From NCBI GenBank assembly GCA_026770705.1, contig JANJGN010000021.1, positions 90,520,001-90,584,000 on the forward strand: a stretch of DNA of 64,000 nucleotides. Reading direction: 5' to 3'. Made by a program: the position numbers and the translations under genes. The notes beneath the pieces were generated by a model, which had not been told where the DNA came from, searched no databases, and was given only the letters and a program-made list of their open reading frames with translations. This document shows, in pieces, positions 38,920 through 52,582 of the stretch (its first letter is position 1; the number at the start of each line of letters is the position of its first letter). This DNA is from Isurus oxyrinchus (Eukaryota).

Positions 38920-41030
38920 CTATACAACACAGAATCACAGAATCAGAGCATTGGTAAACCACATAACAAGTTCATTAGGCCCGTGGCGTCTGCGCCGTCA
39001 CTCGGAGGGAAATTTATTTTGTAACTACCCCATCTTTTCCCGCAGCCTTAAATATTTATCAGGTGAAGACAGCAATCCAATTCCTCCTTGAATGCCTCGA
39101 TAGACCTTTCCTCCAGCGCACTCACAGGCTTGTCATTCCAGATCCTAATAAGTTGCTGCATGGAAATTGTTTCCCTTGTGTCGCCATTGTTTATTTTGCA
39201 CATTACCTCAAATCTGTGCCCCTTTGTTCCCAAACCATCCACGAATTGAAATCGTTTATTGTTAATTTCCCCTCCTATATTCTTTGTCCATAGCCCTCAC
39301 AATTGTAATATGGCTATCAAATGTCCTCTCAGTATTCTCTTCACCAAAAGAAAACAGTCTCAGCTTCATCCAGCTAATGCCTACCTGAGGTTCCTCACGC
39401 TTGCGTCCATTCTCGTGCATCTTTTCTGCACTCCCTCTAATGCATTCATGAAGTGTGGGATGCAATACAGGGTGCAACATTCCAGGTGAGGTGGAAACAT
39501 TGTCCTATGTAAGTTAAACACAAACTCCTTGTTCTTACATTCTGAGGCCCAATTATTGAAGAATTGGGTTCTGTATGCGGACTTCATTGATTGGTGTACA
39601 CAATCCACGAAGCTCCCTATGTTATTATAGCCCTGCACTCATGGCTGGTTTGCCACTCAGCTCCTAATTTCCTAGATTACACTGGATGTGACCACATTTA
39701 TCGCATGGATATCCCTTCCAGGCCTGCTGAGAAACGTAGAGTGTAGCTGCTCCAGGTGTCCCTCAGTGCAGTGTAGGAGCGTTGGGGGGAAATGAAGACA
39801 TACCCCTTTTCATGGCGTTCTGCCGTATCTGGTAAATTTTAATTGTCAATTTTTTGAATGCCACTTTGACAAGTTAGGAGGGACAGAAGGTGCGTTAGGT
39901 AAGTGATTAATGGTGTTTGGTGGACCTGTGGATATCCGGTGTTCGAGGGCTGGTCGGGGCATAGGCCGTAGTCGAGGGGATGGAGGTAAACAGTATTGGA
40001 GGTTTGTCTGGGGCGTGAGGTTTCTCGTTTCTTGGTGGAAGGAGTCCATTGGATGGATGCTCGAACGGTTGCAAAGTGAGGGATGGTGGTGGTGAACCTT
40101 GATCTGGGGAGCACGGCATAGTCAGGGGTAAGTTTTCTGGTTAGACAGGGAAGGCTTGTCAGCTATTCTGGATGAGGTCGAATAATCGTGTGTTTCGGGG
40201 GCTTCAATGTGTAGTCTGGGATTTAGAAGAGGAGCTGGTCAGCGATTGCGGTTTGAGGTAGTCGAGATCTGGGGGCTTGGAAGTCAGTTGGTCAGGAGAT
40301 CCGGCTGGAGGTATTCGGGGTTTTGGGCTGGTGGATTGTTGTGGGACAATCGAGGGTGGTGATGGATTTAGAAGTGTAGTCGAGGAGTAGTGTGACGGTG
40401 TCCAGTGAGGTATTGGGGAGCTCAAATGCATAATTAACCAAGATTTAGAACTGGGTTTAATTTTTCTAAATTTCCTTCGACAGCTGCTCTGCCAAGCTTG
40501 TTAGAACCATCCGAAGTCTCTGACTTTAAATTGGGGTTTTGGAAGGTTCCAGAAACAATGTAATTTCCCAACTGAAGTTGAAAAGTTCCGTGCAATTCCT
40601 TTGCAATAACTGTATGGGGGCTTCCGACGGAATGCCAAGTTCACCCCTTACACGTGCCCGGGGCACAGCTTTCCAAACAGGGCCATTGCGTCTCCGAGTT
40701 ATTACATATTTTTTGCATTAAATTCCATCTGCTATTTCTCCGCCCATTTTTCTAACCATTTTTTTGCTTTCTAAGATCTATACTATCTTCCTCATGTTCC
40801 ACACATCTTTCAAGTTTCATACCAGCTGCAAGTGTTGAAATTGTGCTCCGTATATCAAGGTCTAGGTCAGTGGTATATAACAAGAAGGATAGGGATCCAA
40901 TGTGGGACGCCTGGTAAACCGCAGGAAAGGCTATCTCCAGTCAGCAGACCAGTTCACCACAATTATCTGCTTCCTGTCACCCAGCCAATTTCATTTATCT
41001 GTTGATACTCTCCTTATTCCATGACACTAC
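38920..41030 (-). mobile_element. CR1 3' fragment split by an insertion
   Basis: PHLECC..ALEGVQKRCTRM at 39262-39540; CR1 resumes at ~40690 (gcattaaattccatctgc, QMEFNA motif). Confidence 0.8.
39545..40685 (+). mobile_element. Non-autonomous element with GGCCC/GGGCC ends and G/T-rich core, nested in CR1
   Basis: Interrupts a CR1 fragment; begins ggcccaa, ends agggcc; G/T tract 39870-40420. Confidence 0.6.
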
Positions 41031-41489
41031 TTCACCCAACTTCACCCTTTGAAAGTAGAGACCCAGACGATTTCATGATTTTCTCACATTCTAATGGCCT
41101 GGTAAATCCTTCGTGACTCCTTTAAATACTTTGTCCTGTGTCTGTACTCCTAAATCTATTGTCCCATTTTTTTTTTACTTTGTGAGAGGTTTCCTTACTT
41201 TCTATGTTGGATCCATTTAAGTTGTTTGATAAATGTAACTAATTGTTAAGTAGCTGTGTGGATCCTCCCATCGCAGATCTATCTCCACTCTTAAGCTTTG
41301 GTTATTTTTGCATTGTATTAGTTCAAACCCTGTATAGACACAGCACGTCATTTACTGCCTTATCAGATCGAACATGCTTTCTATCTGTTTACCAACATAT
41401 TGATTCCTCTCAGTCCTACTTTCTCCATTCCAAAATTTACGAAAACTGAGCTCCTCTTAAGCTCACAGCGGATGGGTCATCGCTTGTCA

Positions 41490-43570
41490 GAAAAGAGGAG
41501 GTGGATTTTCAGCAAATTCCTTTTCATGATCTCCTGCCAATAAATTCCGAGGATTCATTTTGGTTTTCGTTCTCTCGGTTCCCCAAGAAATCAAAGGGCC
41601 TTCAATCATATGTAATTCACTGTCCATGCCCCTAATGCACCCCTTTGGCAATCTCAGCATTAATCCCAGTATTACGTGCAAATGTATAAAAAAAAATAGA
41701 AGAATAACGCAGGTGAAGCTGTGCATGGAGGATGGCGCAAGAGGGAAGACTTCAGATTTCTGGGGCATTGGGACTGGCTGTTCTGGGCATCTGAGCTGTC
41801 GAGGTCAGAGATTTATCCCTGAAATAGCGTTGGAACGTGTACCTATTGATTGGGAGGGTTTATACTAACCAGGCATGCGGGAACTAGAACTTATATCAGA
41901 GATGAATACGAAGGTTAACAGAATTCTGGGAGAAACAGGTATCACTAGAGTTGTAAAGGGAGTTAAGAGGTAGTTTCTGAATAAGAAGGAAAATATTAAG
42001 GTTGGAATTTGGTACATTTTGCATGTAAGTGAATGCAAGCAGCATGCTAAATCAAATTACTGAGTTGCAGGCGCAGAGTGCCATGTTGAATTTCTATGTT
42101 ATGTTTAAAACAGGGATCTGACTTTTGAAAAGTCCAGGATTGGATACTAAATATTCGAAAACAAGAAAAGGGTTAGTTTGGTGGCATTGATTAGGGAGAA
42201 TAATGCATTACTGAAAGAGAGGATGTCCATGCAGAGAGTTTAAGTTGGAATATGTTTGGCTAGAGCGAAAGATGAAAAAAAATGGTGCAAAGAGCTTGCT
42301 TGATCTAGTTCAGTCTATAAGCAAGCAACGAGTGAGAAAGATGCAAATGAACAAAGTTGTTAGGAAATTATAAGGAAGTTTAAATATTATAGAAGAGTAA
42401 GAACGTGGGACTTCAACTATCCAATGATAGATTGGAATACTAGCAGTGTAAATGACAGAGAAGAGCAAAACTTCATTCAGTGTGTTCCATTAAACTTTGC
42501 AAAGCAGTCTGTTCCCATTCCAATGAAAAAGATTGCACTGTTAGTTCCGATTTTTGAAAATGATTCGGGCAAGTGGAAAAAATGTGCCATTAGTGGAACA
42601 TTTAGGGGATAATGCTCATTATATCATAAGGTTTAGGTTGACTATGAAAAGTGACTAAGAGCAATCCTGAGTAAGCATAATTAACTGGTGAAAAGTTAAC
42701 TCCAATATGTTGAGCATTCTTCTGCCAAAATGCAATGTAAGCAAAGGCTAAATTTTAAGTGCACAAGCGACTGCCTTTAAGTTAGAAATCATTCGGGGAC
42801 AGTCAAGATATATTCCATAAAAGGGAATGTTAGGCCAGAGTAATCCACAGCTCCTTCAATGACAAATGAAATTGTTTATGATAAAGCCGAAAGAGGCTGT
42901 TTATCACAAATGTCATATTTATTGTACAAACCGGTAACCAGGATGAATGTAAGAGGTTTATAGTGGAAAACAAAGGAAAACAAATTAGAGAATAAAATTG
43001 TATAGACAGAGACAGACAGATAACCAAAACTCTCATTTGGGCATGTAAATTGGAAAACAGTGCTAAACAGAGCAATAGTGTGGGATCTAAAAGCTACTTA
43101 TGCATAGAGGTGCCGGACATGGCTTTCTTATTACATAAATAATTTGCATTGTCTTTATCAAGGAACAAGGCACTGCCAAGGTCAAGTTCAAACAAGGAGA
43201 AATGCAGACATAACAATAGTTTAAAACTGATTAGGACGACGTATTCTGTAGGATGCATGTGCTGAATGTTGATATGGCACCAAGTGCAGCTGAGGTGCAT
43301 CTAATGATGGATCTTCAGACCGGTGGAATATTGTTAGTTCATGAGGATTTTTTTTTCACGCAGTGAGTGGCTACATTCTCCAATAAACTGCATGGGAGTA
43401 TGGTGGAGGCAGGATCAATAGAGCCATTAAATAAGGAATTGGATTTTTGCATGAGGAATGCCCAAAGTTATTAATAATTGGTGTAATCGTACAAAGGTAA
43501 ATTGCCATTCAGACACCGTGTAGACATGATGGTCCGAATGACATGCTTCTGTGCTGTAAGCATTATATTA
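41490..43570 (+). mobile_element. Decayed CR1 (ORF1 end, endonuclease, 3' tail; RT largely deleted)
   Basis: gggacttcaactatcca (GDFNYP); ggattggatactaaatattc; tail atggtccgaatgacatgcttctgtgctgtaa. Confidence 0.75.
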
Positions 43571-44639
43571 TCCTGACAAACTCCAGCCCTCGCTGTCGGC
43601 GAAAGCTTCAAGCCACGCATTGATCTTTGCTGTCTTCTTTTACCTAGATTTACTAGCTCTTGGCACTACGAATAGTACAGAAATTACTACATTTGAAGTC
43701 CTGCTTTATACCTTCCACCCTAGCTCCTGAAAATCTGACCACTGTTTCACGATACCTGCCCTCTCTATTTTGTACCACGTGTACCACAACGTTTGCATCA
43801 CTCCCTTCCTGGTGAAGAATATTCTGCACTTTATGTGCGGTGTTTTATTTCCTATTAATTTTGAGGCAACACGCTATGGTGGACTAATGCTGATAGTTGC
43901 GAAATTCATTTCTGCCCTTTTATCCATTGAATCATCAAGCAAGCACACTTCTACAATTTGCTTTATCCACGTTGACAGACAGGATATATAATTTGACTTC
44001 AGTCAAATAATTTAATGTCTATTCAAATAACTTGACTGATTCACACGCCTTTTGCAGGTTCCACTGTGAACCATTTTGACCTCTCTTAGACGAGTGTTCT
44101 TGCACGCTATAAAACAGTTTGATAAGGCAGGCACTGAGCTCAATTTACATTGCTGAGAATTGCAACTGATGTTCATCTGAGTGAAATGTCAATGTGCTAC
44201 TATGGTTTTGGATTGTGATCAATTGTTAAACAATACAGTTATACTCAGGAATTTTTGCGATATCAATTTGGTAGATTTAAGGTATGAAAAGAATCGTACA
44301 ACAAACTGTGTAAGTCTGTCATGATGCACTAACTAAGCAAAACATCAGTAAGCTAATCACAATGAAAGATAATCAAACTGTACATTGTACAAAAGAAAAT
44401 GTTGGAGACGTGTGTCATGGATGGACAAGTTGAGTCATCCCAAAGCGTCTCAGAAATGCCTGGTCATGAAATGCACACGGTTTCCTTTGCATTACTGGTA
44501 ACGAACAGAAACCTCTCGAGAGATGCTCAGTCGAATTTCTGCTAAGCTTTTCCTTTTGCATGATGCAAAATACCCGGGACTGTAACGCATATATGACATT
44601 GATTGAATGACAATGGGCCGGTGGAAATAATGAACATAT

Positions 44640-45960
44640 ATTAAAATGGAAACGCACATGACTTAAAAAAAAAACAACGGCAGCAACAAAGCTGGAGCAA
44701 TGGCGCCGGAGAAAGGGTTTTAGAGTCTGAGTGAATGGGTCCAGTTATCGGGGAGATGGAAGCTATGCAGGCCTTAGGAATTGTTTCGAGACAGAATCTA
44801 GACGAATATGAATTCGCCGAAGTTTTCTCATGTTTTGTAAAGTGTCTAACTAAAGTTAGCTGGTTGACGGGAAAAGGAATGCAACAGAGGAAAGAAGAAG
44901 TGAGGTGCAGAGCAGACTGGAAAGACGGATAGCACTTACATAATGAATGGTAAGGTATGTTTTGGTTTAGAGAAAGTAGAATAACATCTAAAATGAGATT
45001 ACAGTGCACAAAACCTGGCGAATACCTGGCAGGTTGAAAAAGCTACATAGCAACATGATTGTTGCTGTAGCAGGGACTGAGCTGAAAATAAAATGCAGTA
45101 TTGAGCGCCAAATAGAAATAGATATTGGATGTTCAGGAGTGGTATGAAAGAACGTAATGAAAGACATTGATCAGTTTGAAATAGAATACTGCAATGGGGT
45201 AGAGAGACTACGGCCTGGAGGACTGAAGGCTAAAATCAATTTAGGTAGACAAACAAGAATAATAACATTGTGCGACTGAATGTATTCTATAAGCCATCAA
45301 CTTTTATGGCAGATATGTATGAGCATTTTTACAGGAAACTTGCAGGGGCACAAAAGCTACAGGGCATAGCCAATGTGTGCGTGTGAATATGTATGTGTTT
45401 GGCTGTGTGTCTGTGTGTGCGTGTTGGGGGCAGGCGGTGTGGATTGTTTAAATATCAAAATATAGACTGCGATGAGTATACCACAAAGGGCGATGTTCTG
45501 ATTTTTTTTTGTTGTTCTTGGTTTACATCCAAACGTGAAATGAGACACTAACTGTCTTGTCCTGACAATGATGTGAGTGATGAAATACCTTTAGGAGGAC
45601 ACTAGCACAACAATTTCCATAGCATCATAAGGTTTAGGATAGCTACGGAAAAGGAAAAGGAGCTTATAAACGAGTAAAACTATTTCATTTAGACCAATTT
45701 CAGTCAGGTGGGAACTGATTTGATGTTGATAAGTTGAACTCGAAGATTAGCAAACAAAACTTGGACTGAACCATGGATTTTCTTTAAATTGGAGATGATT
45801 CGGATTCAATCGATGTACTGTACCACAACCCAGAACATTAAGGCAGACACAGCCAGTCCTCCCGGAAGTACTGAAGAAACAGCGTCCAATGTCATACAGA
45901 AAATGGGGTGCCTGTGCTGAATGGCTGTTTAATAATGCTGGTAAGAATTATTTTAAGATA
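44640..45960 (+). mobile_element. Old CR1 ORF2 fragment
   Basis: catagcatcataaggtttaggata parallels cattatatcataaggtttaggttg at 42616. Confidence 0.55.
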
Positions 45961-45994
45961 CACCTTTCAGAGCGAATGTACCGGGGACGTTAAG

Positions 45995-46412
45995 GAGGCA
46001 AAGGGGTCACCACGTTTCGTGTTTATTTTCTACTTCAGTGCTGTGTCTTGAATAAACGCAGAAACGCCTGCAGGTTGCACTGGGGGAGAGATACATTGTG
46101 GAAAGCGCTGCCTATCGGATTTGACATTGAAATCGACGTCCCAACTGCCTCGTTTTATTGATATGAAAAATCCTTAACGCTACTTTGACGAAGAGCATGG
46201 GATATACATTTCCTTCCCAGGCCTATATTTCCCCTCAATCAACATCTCAGAAATAGGTTATCTGGTCATTAGCACATTGTTATTGTTGGCGTCAGCTATA
46301 CTCAACGATTCCAACAATACTCCTGTGGCTCCCCTTCAAAAGTACTTCTTTAGTTATAACGAGCTTTTTGACACCCGGTGGCTGGAGAAAAATGGCGTAT
46401 AAATGCGCATTT
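45995..46412 (+). mobile_element. Deu-domain SINE (SacSINE1/AmnSINE-like), decayed
   Basis: ctactttgacgaagagcatggga..tatttcccctcaatcaacatc..ttatctggtcatt..cttcaaaagtacttc..tataaatgc resembles the DeuSINE core and tail (recognised from memory, not aligned). Confidence 0.7.
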
Positions 46413-47599
46413 ATTTTTAGAAATATTGTGCAAGAAGACACTTGCATGTAACATAAAATTGATGATTTTAATTGCATTTATTTAACTTAGTTCACAAAAA
46501 ACGTTCCATCTTTTTATAAAAATAGGTTGGCTCATATAATGTTCTGATTATACGTTAGAAATGTTTGATGCTTATTGGCTCTTTTTAAGTGTACTCTCTC
46601 AAGCGATCTTTTGATAGTTATTGAAATGAAATATTTAAACAGGTCGCACGTGTGTCCTAGGATTTGTCCGATTTTAAACAAAGTGCATTTCTGGAAGTCT
46701 AGAACTAAGGTCACCCAGCAAACAAAATCCCAGAACTTTCAGTTTAGATATTGAATGTAAAAGCGGCAGGAATAATCTATAAATTGTTTTAGACACTGAC
46801 AATCTTTGTTTTTCTCTATCTTCGATACCTCAGAAAGGAGGCAGAGCTACTACTGTCATATGACTGGATGAAAATCGAACATTTTGTCCATACGTTCTTA
46901 TTTATGCAAAACGCATGGTGATGGATAGAACTGAAAACGTTGCCCCTGACATTGTGTGAGCTTCTGACTGCCAATAACTAGGATGTGAGAAGAAAATGAA
47001 ATGGCCTTAGACTCCTGAAACCTACACCTTACACAATTATTTTGGTGGTCTCCCGCTACAGGTAGCATAAGCATTTTTATTAATATCTGAGCAGATTTCG
47101 ACGATAATACCTCATTGTCAGCTTCAGCAGGGAGCGCCATTTAGGCAGTGGCACATGGTTGGTTCATGTTACATCGGCCAAAAGGAAACCACTTGAAGCA
47201 AATAAAATGGTGGTCCATTTATTTCACAACTTTTGTACCCCAGTGATGCTGACTGTCCTGTTCATATTTCAGCCGTCCAGCAGTTTTACATTACCAATGT
47301 TAAGTGTGATATCACATACACTGACTTAAACAAAATGTCATGGAGGCTGAGGCAAAAAGAGGCCATGCTATTGGGTGCCTGTTCTGCGTCAGTGGATTGC
47401 AATTAGAGAAACAGAAAATTGGCTTCAGACTTAAGGTGCGGTAGCTCCATTAAAAACCACCCGCTTAAAGGTACGAGCAAACATGGATTTCTGCATCACC
47501 ACATCGCCATCTAATTTAAATGATATTCGTTTTTACCATCTGGGCACTTAGTATCGCTGCAACAGAACCACTCAGTGTAAATTACAGAAGGAAAAATAA

Positions 47600-48255
47600 T
47601 ATTTTTAAAGGGACACTTACCTTCATTAGCCTCGGCATAGAATACAAGAGCAGTGTGGTTTTGCTGGAACTGTATAGAACGCTGATTAGGCCACAATTGG
47701 AGCACTGTGTTCATTTCTGGGTTCCACATTATAGGAAGGATGTGACAGCAGTGGAAACGGCACTGAGGAGATTTATCAGGATGCTGCCTGTGCTCGAGAG
47801 CTGGAGCGATGAGAAAAGATTGGATAGGCTGGGGTTGTACTCCTTGAAGCAACGAATGTTGAGAGATGACCTGATACGGATATATAAGATCATGATGGTC
47901 ATAGATTGGGTGGAATAAGAAGGCTCTTTTCTCCCCATTAATAAATGGGCTCAATATCCAGGGGGGCATAGATTTAAGATAAGAGTTAGAAGTCTAAGAG
48001 GGGAATTGGTGAGATTTGTTTTCACTCAGAGGGTGATTGGAGTCTCGAATTCACTGCCTGAAAGGGCGGTTGAATCTGAAACTCTAGCAAAATTTAGGAA
48101 ATATTTACATCTTCATTTGGGTTGCAATAGCCTCCAGAGCTATAGTCCAAGAGCTGCAAAATGGGATTAGTGTAGTCAAATCTTTGTTGACCAGAGCGGA
48201 CACGATGGGCCGAATGGTCTTCTTTGGTTCTGTAAACGTCCATGACTCTATGAGA
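47600..48255 (+). mobile_element. CR1 3' fragment
   Basis: LELYRTLIRPQLEHCVHFWVPHYRKDV..LDRLGLYSLKQRMLRDDLI; tail ccatgactctatga. Confidence 0.92.
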
Positions 48256-48444
48256 TATTTGGTAAAATTAACCTAAAGAGTCTTCCATTTACATTAATGA
48301 TCAAAAACTCTTGTTTTTTTTTAACGTGTGATGTCATCTTCCCAACAGAGATTGGGCACGGCACTGTTCCAAAAAGCTCCTTCATGCTCAATAAAATCTG
48401 GTCTGTTATCTTTGATAATATATTAAGTTAAGCAAATTTTTCAG

Positions 48445-48462
48445 CAGAGGGACGCCAGAGAG
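48445..48462 (+). CDS. Candidate 18-nt (or 15-nt via tandem acceptor) phase-1 micro-exon, (A)EGRQR
   Basis: Acceptor tttttcag/cag, donor GAG|gtaatt; short pyrimidine tract; overlaps a CTCF-like motif. Confidence 0.4.
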
Positions 48463-50936
48463 GTAATTCGTTAGTTCTGAGCACGTTTTGGCTGAGTATA
48501 TTCCTTTCATGCATCTTAGGGTTGCATCGGTATGCAATTATTATTTTTTTTTCTTGTTCCCTTCCGTTAGCTTGGTTACACTCATGCTCTTTGATGGCAA
48601 ACCATACTGAATCCCCAAACTTGCACTGAAATGGCAAAATTGAAAATTGAGCAATAAACGACTGAACAGGAAGATAAAGCTAAGGTTCTGCATGTTTACG
48701 CATTGTTTTTATTAATATTCCAGTAATGGCCTCGGGCGTACTAAACTTGCCGATATCATTCCATCATCCACCACAGATTCTCCGCTGAGAGACTGTGACC
48801 TAACCTATGCTTATTACTTCCAGGCCTACAACTACCTTTCAGATGAAAGACGAGAAGAGACCTAAGGCTGAAATTCTAGAGTCACTAGAGGGCATTTTTC
48901 CTTTCGTTATTTAAGTGCTGTAGTTATGCTTTCATTATTAGATGGGGAGCATTTTTCCTTTAATTTGAAATCAAACAGCTAACGTGCACCGCCTTGCCAC
49001 AGTTTATATAACTGTCATTTACTAATGTTGAGCCGATTTCTGGTTCATTTGGAAAGAAGGAATTGAGTGTGATTCACTATATTCTTCCTTATTCTGTTTT
49101 ATCAGATGAACGGGTAAAATCTAACATTTTGTGTTGAGGGCAGTTACAGCGCTCGAATCTACAAAGATTGCATTCAACTCTGATGCATCAAAATTCCCAT
49201 TTTCTCTAAAGGTGCATTCAAGCACGCTGAGTGTTGGGTCTGCATTAAATATGCACATCCCTTTTTTGAAAACATTTCAGTTTATTATTTCTTGTCATTA
49301 TTTGCTATAGGCTTCTTTATTCTTTCATAGTTGCAAGGTTCTAAATATACTACCCTACGGAGAATAACTAATATATTTTTAAATGAACTATCATAAAAGC
49401 AAAGTGTTGTTTGAACTCTTGTTCCCCTTCAGAAAATGATGCAATGCAAACAAAACTCGGAAATGTGTAATGTTTGATTATTGTGACTATTGTGTTTCTT
49501 CCCAACGCCGCTTTTCTTCAATGAAGATGCAAATAATCTACTTTCATGAAAACAGCAAAGCAATCGGTTGTAATGGTGACAGTTATTTGAACTTGAGCGC
49601 AGGACGTTGAAACAAGAAGCATAAATAGGATGTGCATCCAATTACTCCAGGACATCTTTAAATGAGTTGCAGGCCAAAGGTGACTCAAATACCACTAGCA
49701 TCATGTAATCCATTAAGATCATATTTGTCTGATATATTCACAACAAATGCGCAATTGAGGATGTGCGTAAAGTCGAGCTGATTAGAATGAATCCACAACT
49801 GCATGCACAGTCATTACGAACGTGTTATAATTGTGCTGGAATCACTGTGGCAGAAACTTTCATTCAAAAATGCTTCCATGCCAAACTGTTTGCATGAACA
49901 ATTGGTACATTATTGACAAATTCGATGCGAGGCACACAATTTAGTTCCACAATGGTTTAAGATCACTAACATAATCCGCTACTTACAAATGATTGGAATT
50001 ATAATCGTTGCCCTATATACCACCGAATCTGATTAGCAAAGGATATAACAGGGTGATGTAGATAGCTGACGAACCGTCTATCAACCCATCGACCATGCAG
50101 ACATCCCAGTTATAAAGGCAGTGCAGAATATTTTCTTCAATCGCATCATTGACAGTAACTAAAATGACTCCTTTCAGATTTACCTGTGCATAATTGTGCA
50201 GAAAAGTAGCGCATTTGTCTAAGGTAGCACATGCATGCAACATATTTATCAACATAGCGACGACTTGCTTTCTATATTTACTGAGGCATCTTCAGCATTC
50301 AAAATCTCTTAAATGAAATATAACATGTCTTGCATTCCTAAGCAGTCGATGTTGCATTTCTTTGTTCAGTACTGAAAGATATCCAATACTTGCATTTACT
50401 GGCATAATTGTGGATAGAAATGTCAAAGATCTAACAATGCATGTTAAATATTAAAATAGAACGATGACTGATGCTGTCATGATGAAACGCAGTTATTGCA
50501 TGAACTATATTTCATCCATGGCCATAATATTATATACCCATAAACACCTTTACAAATTTGATATATAGCCACACATTGGGAGATTTGAAATACAATGGGC
50601 ATTCCTGATTATGCAAACTAAATATAATATATGGCCCTGAGGAAGTTAAGGGCTGCCTTTCAACAGTGGCTGAAGAAGGACATGCACAGACCTTCACCAA
50701 TCTTATGATGAAATTAAAATCAGCCGTTTTAAATGAAGCAATATTTATTTCAATTTCAAACATTAGCATTTTTATGAAAGCAAAAATGCATTGAGCGAGT
50801 CAAAATAATTCTTCAAGAATTAGTAACCTGTTGGAACAAAGCAACTGCCAATAAAATGTTTTTTTTTTACTTTGCTCATTTCCCCCAAAATGTGATGCCA
50901 TCTTCCTCAATAGTTACATTTTTCTCGTTTCATCAG

Positions 50937-50960
50937 CCAAAGCAGTCATGGAGCTCAGGA
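50937..50960 (+). CDS. Candidate 24-nt phase-1 micro-exon, xKAVMELR
   Basis: Good acceptor tttttctcgtttcatcag, weaker donor GGA|gtaatt; open frame. Confidence 0.35.
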
Positions 50961-52211
50961 GTAATTCAGAAATATGTTAGGGAAAAAGAAGTAAAAATAC
51001 TACAAAGTAAATGCTTCGAATACTGGAAATCCTAAATTAAAGGGGAAAACAAGAGAAAATACTACGGAGATTTGGAATCATCTTTGAATAGAAAAAATAC
51101 CGCTGCTTCACCTCCATGATGTTCTGATGTAAACACCAAGGATTTTCAGACATTTCTGTTTCTCTTGTTACAAATATATTGTTGTGCAATCATTGTGTCA
51201 TTATCAGGTTACACTTAACCTCACACAACGAATGACTTGCCACCAAGCCAAATTAAAAATACAAATATCTTTTTCAATGCATTACACAAACTACTGTACT
51301 GTTTAAATAGGCATTATTTTCAATGTTTCTTTTGGTTGACAAAATTTGTCCATGGAACTTGACGTGGACTTCTATCTCGATGGTAAAAATGCATTTAGAT
51401 CTAGGTGTCTTAAGAAAAGCAATATTGTCAGTTTTTTTTTACGGCGAGCAAGTTACCAGAGACAGCAATACAGAATTCGATGATGAATATGCTTGGCTTG
51501 ACCTTTCATTTCTTGGCATTAAGAACCTAGGTGGAACATTTGTTTCGGAAGAAAAACTTATGTCTCATCGAGCAGACAACCCAGAAAACGTCTTAGTCGT
51601 CCCTGTGATACTGAAGCTTTGTAAGAGCTCACTTTTACGATGATCATCAAAATTGGAATGTACAGCAGAAGTAGAAAGGTGTGATATGAGTAATCTCAAT
51701 GGACAGAAGTCCAATGGCTTATATGTACTTCAGAATAAAAGTGAAGATGTTGCACACTGTGACCAGAAAGCACCACCATGTACAATGCTGACTTTGGACC
51801 ACTAATAAACCCATGTTCTTCCAGAAGAATACAGTATTGAATTTTCTAAAATTGTGATGGAAATTAATGTTACTCCACTAATTTTGTTATTATAACCTCA
51901 GCATGAAGGAAGATGATGATGTCACTATACTATATGATGACGATGTTAATGTTGATGATTGTGATTAATGTTCTCGAGGTATATTGTTATCACGAAAGGT
52001 ATTGTCATTGCCTTTGATAATTCTGGGCTATTTTATTGCGAATCTGTTTCTGAAAAATATATCCATGTAATTGTGTTTCCATTATAATCAATGGAGAGAA
52101 AAATATCGAGACAAATATCACACGTTAGTACAGACTTAATAATGTTGCAAAATGTTTAGGAATATCGTAACAATTGAAGGAAATTAGCTAAATGTTTATC
52201 TTTACTTTCAG

Positions 52212-52235
52212 AAAACAAGGCAACATGGAAGTTAG
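52212..52235 (+). CDS. Candidate 24-nt phase-1 micro-exon, (E)NKATWKL
   Basis: Acceptor tttatctttactttcag, donor TAG|gtagga; open frame. Confidence 0.55.
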   Translation, partial: KTRQHGS

Positions 52236-52361
52236 GTAGGAGAAAGTTCAATCGTTTACATGAACTTGTGATGTTTACACACAGCGCCTTCGAAAGGGTC
52301 CTTTGAGAGCAGTGAAAGTAACTGCATCTGCTTAAACTAACAGTTTGAAAAACTGATAATG

Positions 52362-52582
52362 AACAAAATAAAAATCGAAGGTGCTGGACAATCTCTACAG
52401 GTCTGGCAGCATCTCTCATTAGAAAAGGTAGAGAGGTAGGGTATCCATAAGTAGAGACATATTGTACACGAAACATTAAACCTGTTTATATCTCCACAGG
52501 TACTGCCAGACCTGCTGATAATTACCTGCATGTTCTGGTTTTATCTAAGATTTCCAGTTCTGTCGAACTTTGTTTCTTTGTT
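52362..52582. repeat. Palindromic Penelope-associated short repeat
   Basis: caggtctggcagcatct mirrored by aggtactgccagacctg. Confidence 0.65.

Noticed and set aside
49106-49113. 8-nt segment ATGAACGG between a good acceptor and gtaaaa
   Set aside because: Frameshifting length with no evident compensating exon
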